A stretch of 64,000 nucleotides of DNA, from positions 46,517-110,516 of the forward strand of contig JBLFWS010000001.1 of NCBI GenBank assembly GCA_047611865.1, read 5' to 3'. The translations under genes were made by a program, and so were the position numbers. This document shows, one piece after another, positions 59,217 through 64,000 of the stretch (position 1 is its first letter; every line of letters begins with the position of its first letter). The notes beneath the pieces were generated by a model. It did no database searches and was not told where the DNA came from. It saw nothing but the letters and a program-made list of their open reading frames with translations. The stretch is from Chlamydiales bacterium. Its GTDB lineage: Bacteria > Chlamydiota > Chlamydiia > Chlamydiales > JBDQID01.

Positions 59217-60401
59217 ATGAAAAAGCGTACAGTATATATTATTGATTCAGGTCATGATCATGATGCTCTTTATATAAAAGGAATAAAAGAGGGTTGGGGA
59301 GAGGAAAGGTGGAATATAGTTCCCGTTAATTTTCTGGACGCTGAAGAAGTAGGTAAATTTCTCTATAGGGATGTTAGGGAGAAAAGGGAAGAAATAGCTG
59401 CTATTATTTCTATGAATCTACACTTATTTTCTATTGAGACTAAAATACGAGATTTCGTTCTAGCATCGGGAATCCCTATCGCGATCTGGCTATTTGATCA
59501 CCCGACTTTAAAAGAGTATATAAATAAGGATCTCCTTGATGGTGTGAATCTAAATCGGCTGTGGCTGATTTGTGGAGAGCCGGATTTTATTGCATGCTGG
59601 CAGCGCTTTTTTTCTTCTGATATCAAAATTTACCACAAGAGTGCTCGTTTAAATTCTCGTGAGTGCTATGAAAATTGTGATGAGAGTTTTAGTTCTTTTC
59701 AAAAGAAAGAGATCCCTCTTTTAATACCCTGCGGTATTGGAACGAATCCGCAAAAGGCAATTGACTGTATCGGGAAACCTCAGCTAAAAAAAATGTTCTA
59801 CTCAGCTCTTAATCTTTTAGTAAAAAACCCATACATGTCTCCTCACAAAGGTATTGAATACCTATTTAGAAAAGGAAACGCCAGGGCAGATTATAATCTA
59901 GCTCTTTTTTTTACAGGGATGGTGCTGAGATATATAAAATATCATCGCCGTTTAGATGTTCTTTTTAATTTACCAAAGGATGCAAAAATTGTTTTTCTTG
60001 GGCAAGATTACCCTCCGAAATTTTATGAGAAATTTAAAAATGCAGTCTTTATTCCTTGCGTTCCCCTTGATGAATTTTACAATCTCATAAAAAAATCGCA
60101 GATTATTATTAATTTCGAATGTGGTCCTAGCAGCCTTCATAACCGGGCGTATAACGCTATTTTGACACAGACAGCTTTTGCCTCTCATGGAAATAATTTT
60201 GTCGATAATGTGTTTCAGGGTGGAGAGGACTTTATCAAGTATGATCTCAAGAAGAATGATATTGCAGAGGTTCTTTCACCGTATTTAGATAATCCAAGAA
60301 AGACTTATGAACTCACGGTAAATGCGAGAAATAAGATTGTAGAAATGGAAATGTTGGAAGATACTGACCAAATTATAGAGTTGATGACTTCGGGCCAGTA
60401 G
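59217..60401 (+). CDS. Putative glycosyltransferase (CgeB/GT-B-like)
   Basis: WLFDHP, KSQIIIN...LHNRAYNA, FQGGEDFIKY. Confidence 0.55.
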   Translation: MKKRTVYIIDSGHDHDALYIKGIKEGWGEERWNIVPVNFLDAEEVGKFLYRDVREKREEIAAIISMNLHLFSIETKIRDFVLASGIPIAIWLFDHPTLKEYINKDLLDGVNLNRLWLICGEPDFIACWQRFFSSDIKIYHKSARLNSRECYENCDESFSSFQKKEIPLLIPCGIGTNPQKAIDCIGKPQLKKMFYSALNLLVKNPYMSPHKGIEYLFRKGNARADYNLALFFTGMVLRYIKYHRRLDVLFNLPKDAKIVFLGQDYPPKFYEKFKNAVFIPCVPLDEFYNLIKKSQIIINFECGPSSLHNRAYNAILTQTAFASHGNNFVDNVFQGGEDFIKYDLKKNDIAEVLSPYLDNPRKTYELTVNARNKIVEMEMLEDTDQIIELMTSGQ

Positions 60402-60581
60402 GCAGCTAAATAGAACTTAGACGAAAACTGAAAGCGGAATAGGACGTCAGCAAAGTTTTAATACTAAATTGGCTGAAGAAGATGAATAAAAATGGAATAA
60501 TTTCTCAAGTTAAGGCCTATCTTTCGGAAACGACGGTGAGCAGTGAGCAAGCATCTATTTAATGTGTGGAAAGGGGAAGCC

Positions 60582-61286
60582 ATGACAAAGAAATTGGTGA
60601 TTTTTGGAACTTCGGCTTATAGCCGTATTGTTTATGAGTACTTTACACATGATTCAGATTATGAAGTATCTGCATTCACAGTCAACGAAGACTATATTGA
60701 AGTTGAAGAATTTTGTGGATTGCCAGTTGTAGCTTTTGAAAGGGTAGAGGGAGTATATCCTCCTAACGAATTCGATATGCATGTAGCGGTAGTTTATGGA
60801 GAGATAAACCGATTACGAGCGCGTATATGTGAGCAAGCTTCAGGTAAAGGGTATCTTTTACCTAGCTATGTCAGTTCTCGTTGCTTTACTTGGCATAATA
60901 CAGAAATTGGTGAGAATTGCTTTATTTTTGAAGACAACACAGTTCAGCCATTCGTCAAAATTGGGAACAACGTAATCCTGTGGAGTGGAAATCATATAGG
61001 TCATGACACTGTGATTGAAGATAATGTTTTCATTACATCGCATGTTGTAATTTCTGGGTTTTGTGAAGTAGGTAGGAACACTTTTATTGGTGTGAATACA
61101 GCTGTTGGTAATAACCTGAAAATTGGCAAGGAGTGCTGGATCGGACAGGGAGCTGTAATTAGTAAAAACATCCCGGATCAATCAATGGTCAAGGGACAGC
61201 TTTGTGAGGTAAGTGAGCTTAATATTGACCGATTATGTAAATATTTAGAGAGAGAATCCAAAAAAGCTAAGATTTTGGTAAGCTAA
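60582..61286 (+). CDS. NeuD/PglD-like sugar acetyltransferase (hexapeptide repeats)
   Basis: LVIFG, IGENCFIFEDNTVQPFVKIGNNVILWSGNHIGHD. Confidence 0.88.
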   Translation: MTKKLVIFGTSAYSRIVYEYFTHDSDYEVSAFTVNEDYIEVEEFCGLPVVAFERVEGVYPPNEFDMHVAVVYGEINRLRARICEQASGKGYLLPSYVSSRCFTWHNTEIGENCFIFEDNTVQPFVKIGNNVILWSGNHIGHDTVIEDNVFITSHVVISGFCEVGRNTFIGVNTAVGNNLKIGKECWIGQGAVISKNIPDQSMVKGQLCEVSELNIDRLCKYLERESKKAKILVS

Positions 61287-61369
61287 ATGGCGCTCTAAGA
61301 TTTTAGCTTTCCTAGAGAAACAGGAGTGGCATTGTACGATTACATTTTTGTTTGCCAGGTAAAGTTAAG

Positions 61370-62293
61370 TTAATTTTCCCAGACGGCGTAACCGAAGCCT
61401 GTTTGACCGAATCCGTTACCATTATAAAACATGTGTAGTCTATCATTTAATTCTACCGCATAGGGATAGCTAATCATTGTTGAGTCCCATCCTTCTTTGG
61501 ATTTTTCGAATCCGGGTACTTCATCTGTTCTGTTCCAGGCCTTGCCATCTTCGGATTCAGCATAGCCCATTTGATAGCTTCCTTTACCATCTCGGTAATC
61601 GTGGCATTCTCGGTAAGAAAACCACATATGGAACTTGTCATTTTTTTTGATTACTGTAGGGTGCGAAAATACTTCTGATTCGCTTTTTCGAGGGATACAG
61701 TCGATATTTGGTCTGTTCCAATGTAGGCCGTCATCAGAGTAGGCATATTTGATACTGTAGATGGGTTCGTATTTTTGATTTATCCACTCCCAGGAAAGGC
61801 CTGAGACATACCACACATGCCAAATATTATGGTCTTTTAACACCCATGGTGTTACTGCGAGATAGGGCTCAAGGGGGGTGCGGTCTAGAAGAGGCCCTTC
61901 AAATGCTCGTTTAAAAGTGTGCCCTCCATCTTTACTAATGGCTAGGCCGATTGAATTGTGGTAAGGAATGGTTTCGCGTAGATTCCATCCATTATAGTAA
62001 AGATGTACTTCACCATCACGTTCTCTAACAAAACCGCTCATTGCGCCTTCATCATCGAAAGTTCCTGGTTTTCCTTTGGATAGAACAGCTTTCTTGTGGC
62101 AGTAGAGAATATCTTTGGGGTTTTCTTTACTTAGGTCAACATAAGTTGTATAGCTTTTCCCCTTTTCATCTCTGTCTGTGTAGTACACTCTGAGGCGGTC
62201 TTTTTTTACTAATACAGTTGGAACCTGTGCGTGTGTGCCAGTCCAATCATAATCACGAGGGTCAAAAACCTTTCCTTTTTTTACCCAGACCAT
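61370..62293 (-). CDS. Five-bladed beta-propeller glycosidase-like protein
   Basis: GKPGTFDDEG; Asp-box-like SKDGGHTF, SDDGLHW, SEDGKAW; MFYNGNGFG. Confidence 0.7.
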   Translation of the reverse strand: MVWVKKGKVFDPRDYDWTGTHAQVPTVLVKKDRLRVYYTDRDEKGKSYTTYVDLSKENPKDILYCHKKAVLSKGKPGTFDDEGAMSGFVRERDGEVHLYYNGWNLRETIPYHNSIGLAISKDGGHTFKRAFEGPLLDRTPLEPYLAVTPWVLKDHNIWHVWYVSGLSWEWINQKYEPIYSIKYAYSDDGLHWNRPNIDCIPRKSESEVFSHPTVIKKNDKFHMWFSYRECHDYRDGKGSYQMGYAESEDGKAWNRTDEVPGFEKSKEGWDSTMISYPYAVELNDRLHMFYNGNGFGQTGFGYAVWEN

Positions 62294-62503
62294 ATTGCAC
62301 CAAGAGTTATAAATTCGAGAAAAAAGATATTAATTTATATAGCGAAAAGATTGCAATCATACAGGATAATTTTATTCACGAGGTTAAGATTTTTGAGTAG
62401 ACCCTGAAAATGAGGCGAAGATCTTATCCGCAGGTATAATGAAGCTATCCCTGTTCCTTTTGAAGATGGAGTGAAGTAATAAGTTAAGTAGATGTCAAAT
62501 TAC

Positions 62504-63655
62504 TCATTCACTCGAAAAGTTATTGGAAATAGTTACGGGTAGAAAGGATTGATGAACTTTAGATATGATCTTGCAGATTTTTTTGATGATTTCTTCAGTT
62601 ATGTGAGAAAAAATGGGGAGACAAAGAATTTTTCGTGAAACAGATTCTGTGTGGTTTAGGTTAAATTGAGGACCATATTTTTTTAAATAGACGTGCATTT
62701 CGTGTAGGGGAGGATAGAAATATTTTTTTGTGTAGATGCATTCTTTTTTTAATTCTTGAGCTAGGTGGTCACGATTACAACCAAATTGTTTTTCATCGAT
62801 GAGGATTGCCAAGTCCTTATAGGCACTCACGGAATTTTCTGTAATTTTTTGAAATTTTATTCCTGGGAGCACCTCGAGATATTTTCTGTAGTGTTGGGAG
62901 GCTATATTTCTTTGAGTAAGGTAGTCATTTAATGAGGGTAAGCCTTGTAAAGCTAGTGCAGCGTGAAATTCGGACAACTTTCCATTTAGGCCAAAATACT
63001 GACAGTTATAGTCTTCGTTTGCTCCATAGTTCCTAAAAAGGGCGATCTTTTTCATGATTTCGCTCTTATTAGAGCTTATAAAGCCACCTTCAGCTCCTGT
63101 GATGACTTTTGTTCCTGAAAGTGAAAAACATTCAAGATCGGCAAAGGTTCCTAAGGGGAGATTGTTATATTTGGAACCGAGGGCGTGTGAAGAATCGAAA
63201 ATAAGCTTCAGTTTGTGGACTTTAGCAATGTGATGAAGAGATTTAATGTCTACGGGGTTTCCGAAGATATTGACGGCTAAAATTGCAGAAGTATTTTTTG
63301 TAATTTTTCTTTGTACATCTTCGGGATCAATATTGAATGTTTCGGGGTCAATATCTGCAAATATGGGAGTGAGATTATTCCAGACGACGGCGTGTCCTGT
63401 GGCTGAAAAGGTAAAACTTGGTAGAATAATCTCTCCTTGAAGGTCGAGTACATTTATGGCTGCAATTAGAGCGGTAGTTGCATTTGGAAAAGTGTATACT
63501 TTATCAGCATGGAGATATTTTTCTAAATTCAGCTCTAACAGTGAAGCGTATTTTGCAAAATTAGAAAGCATTTTCCCTGAGATGATATCTCGAAAGCTTT
63601 CTTCAAGCTCAGAATACTCAGGTAGTGTTGGTTCCATCACATAAATATTTTTCAC
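62504..63655 (-). CDS. DegT/DnrJ/EryC1/StrS family nucleotide-sugar aminotransferase
   Basis: NATTAL, PSFTFSAT, IFDSSHALG, FSLSGTKVITGAEGG, GLNGKLSE. Confidence 0.93.
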   Translation of the reverse strand: MKNIYVMEPTLPEYSELEESFRDIISGKMLSNFAKYASLLELNLEKYLHADKVYTFPNATTALIAAINVLDLQGEIILPSFTFSATGHAVVWNNLTPIFADIDPETFNIDPEDVQRKITKNTSAILAVNIFGNPVDIKSLHHIAKVHKLKLIFDSSHALGSKYNNLPLGTFADLECFSLSGTKVITGAEGGFISSNKSEIMKKIALFRNYGANEDYNCQYFGLNGKLSEFHAALALQGLPSLNDYLTQRNIASQHYRKYLEVLPGIKFQKITENSVSAYKDLAILIDEKQFGCNRDHLAQELKKECIYTKKYFYPPLHEMHVYLKKYGPQFNLNHTESVSRKILCLPIFSHITEEIIKKICKIISKVHQSFLPVTISNNFSSE

Positions 63656-63777
63656 GGTAGTTTTTCTCAGTATTTGGATTTTTAAGAAATAGCTAAAATC
63701 ATGGGGAATATTATAAAAACTTACTTAAATAGTAACTCCTTTTATGTTAAAAACACTCATTTTTCTCGTTTATAATG

Positions 63778-64000
63778 CGCCCTTTCAACCGTGAAGTGCG
63801 ACAAATAGTCTAAAGAAAAATGGCCAGACATGGCTAAGACCTCTATAGTAATTTTTACTACAAAATATTCTACGGAGAAATTATGCCCGAAGACTACCAT
63901 CATCTGACCAGAGACCAAAGATGCCAGCTTTATACCTTAAAGAAAAGAGGTGATTCTGTTTCCATAATTGCTAAGGAGCTTGGAGTGCATCCCTCAACAA
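63778..64000 (+). mobile_element. IS30-family element: left end and transposase N-terminus (truncated by the window)
   Basis: ORF from ATG 63883 reads MPEDYHHLTRDQRCQLYTLKKRGDSVSIIAKELGVHPST (IS30 HTH). Candidate left IR ...TTCAACCGTGAAGTGCGAC near 63778-63802; boundary approximate. Confidence 0.8.

Noticed and set aside
1..64000. CRISPR array, rRNA, prophage or integrase
   Set aside because: I saw no regularly spaced direct repeats, cas, phage or integrase genes. The tRNA-Pro 3' end was not seen duplicated.

Overview
Core-chromosome segment of an environmental Chlamydiota bacterium. The assignment rests on chlamydial gene order: dusB-yggT-three conserved ORFs-ygfA-recA, thrS-parA/minD-gp6D-CT584-like, ispA-glmU-like, and MFS-recC-recB-recD. 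By eye the + strand switches from C-rich to G-rich at about 26-32 kb. That switch coincides with two intergenic clusters of degenerate DnaA boxes holding three near-identical modules (tandem box, GC spacer, (GAA)n, AT-rich), which suggests a split, multi-module replication origin with non-canonical trios. A sigma54-driven flgB-flgC-fliE operon, ung and tRNA-Pro lie between the two halves. Other highlights: (1) an 11 kb respiratory operon linking an NfnB/GltD/DsrL-like flavo-FeS oxidoreductase, Rieske protein, fused cytochrome b, a 7-heme cytochrome c and cbb3-type CcoN/CcoO, with a heme-less CcoP stub and two CcoS-like peptides, one missing from the ORF track; (2) a full-length IS1634-type transposase lacking two catalytic Asp residues and translationally coupled to sfsA; (3) a YopT/C58-protease-ankyrin effector candidate; (4) tatA/tatC; (5) two MITE families, one nested in the end of the other; (6) a sugar-modification cluster ending at an IS30 element. 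All calls are from motif recognition by eye; no searches were run.
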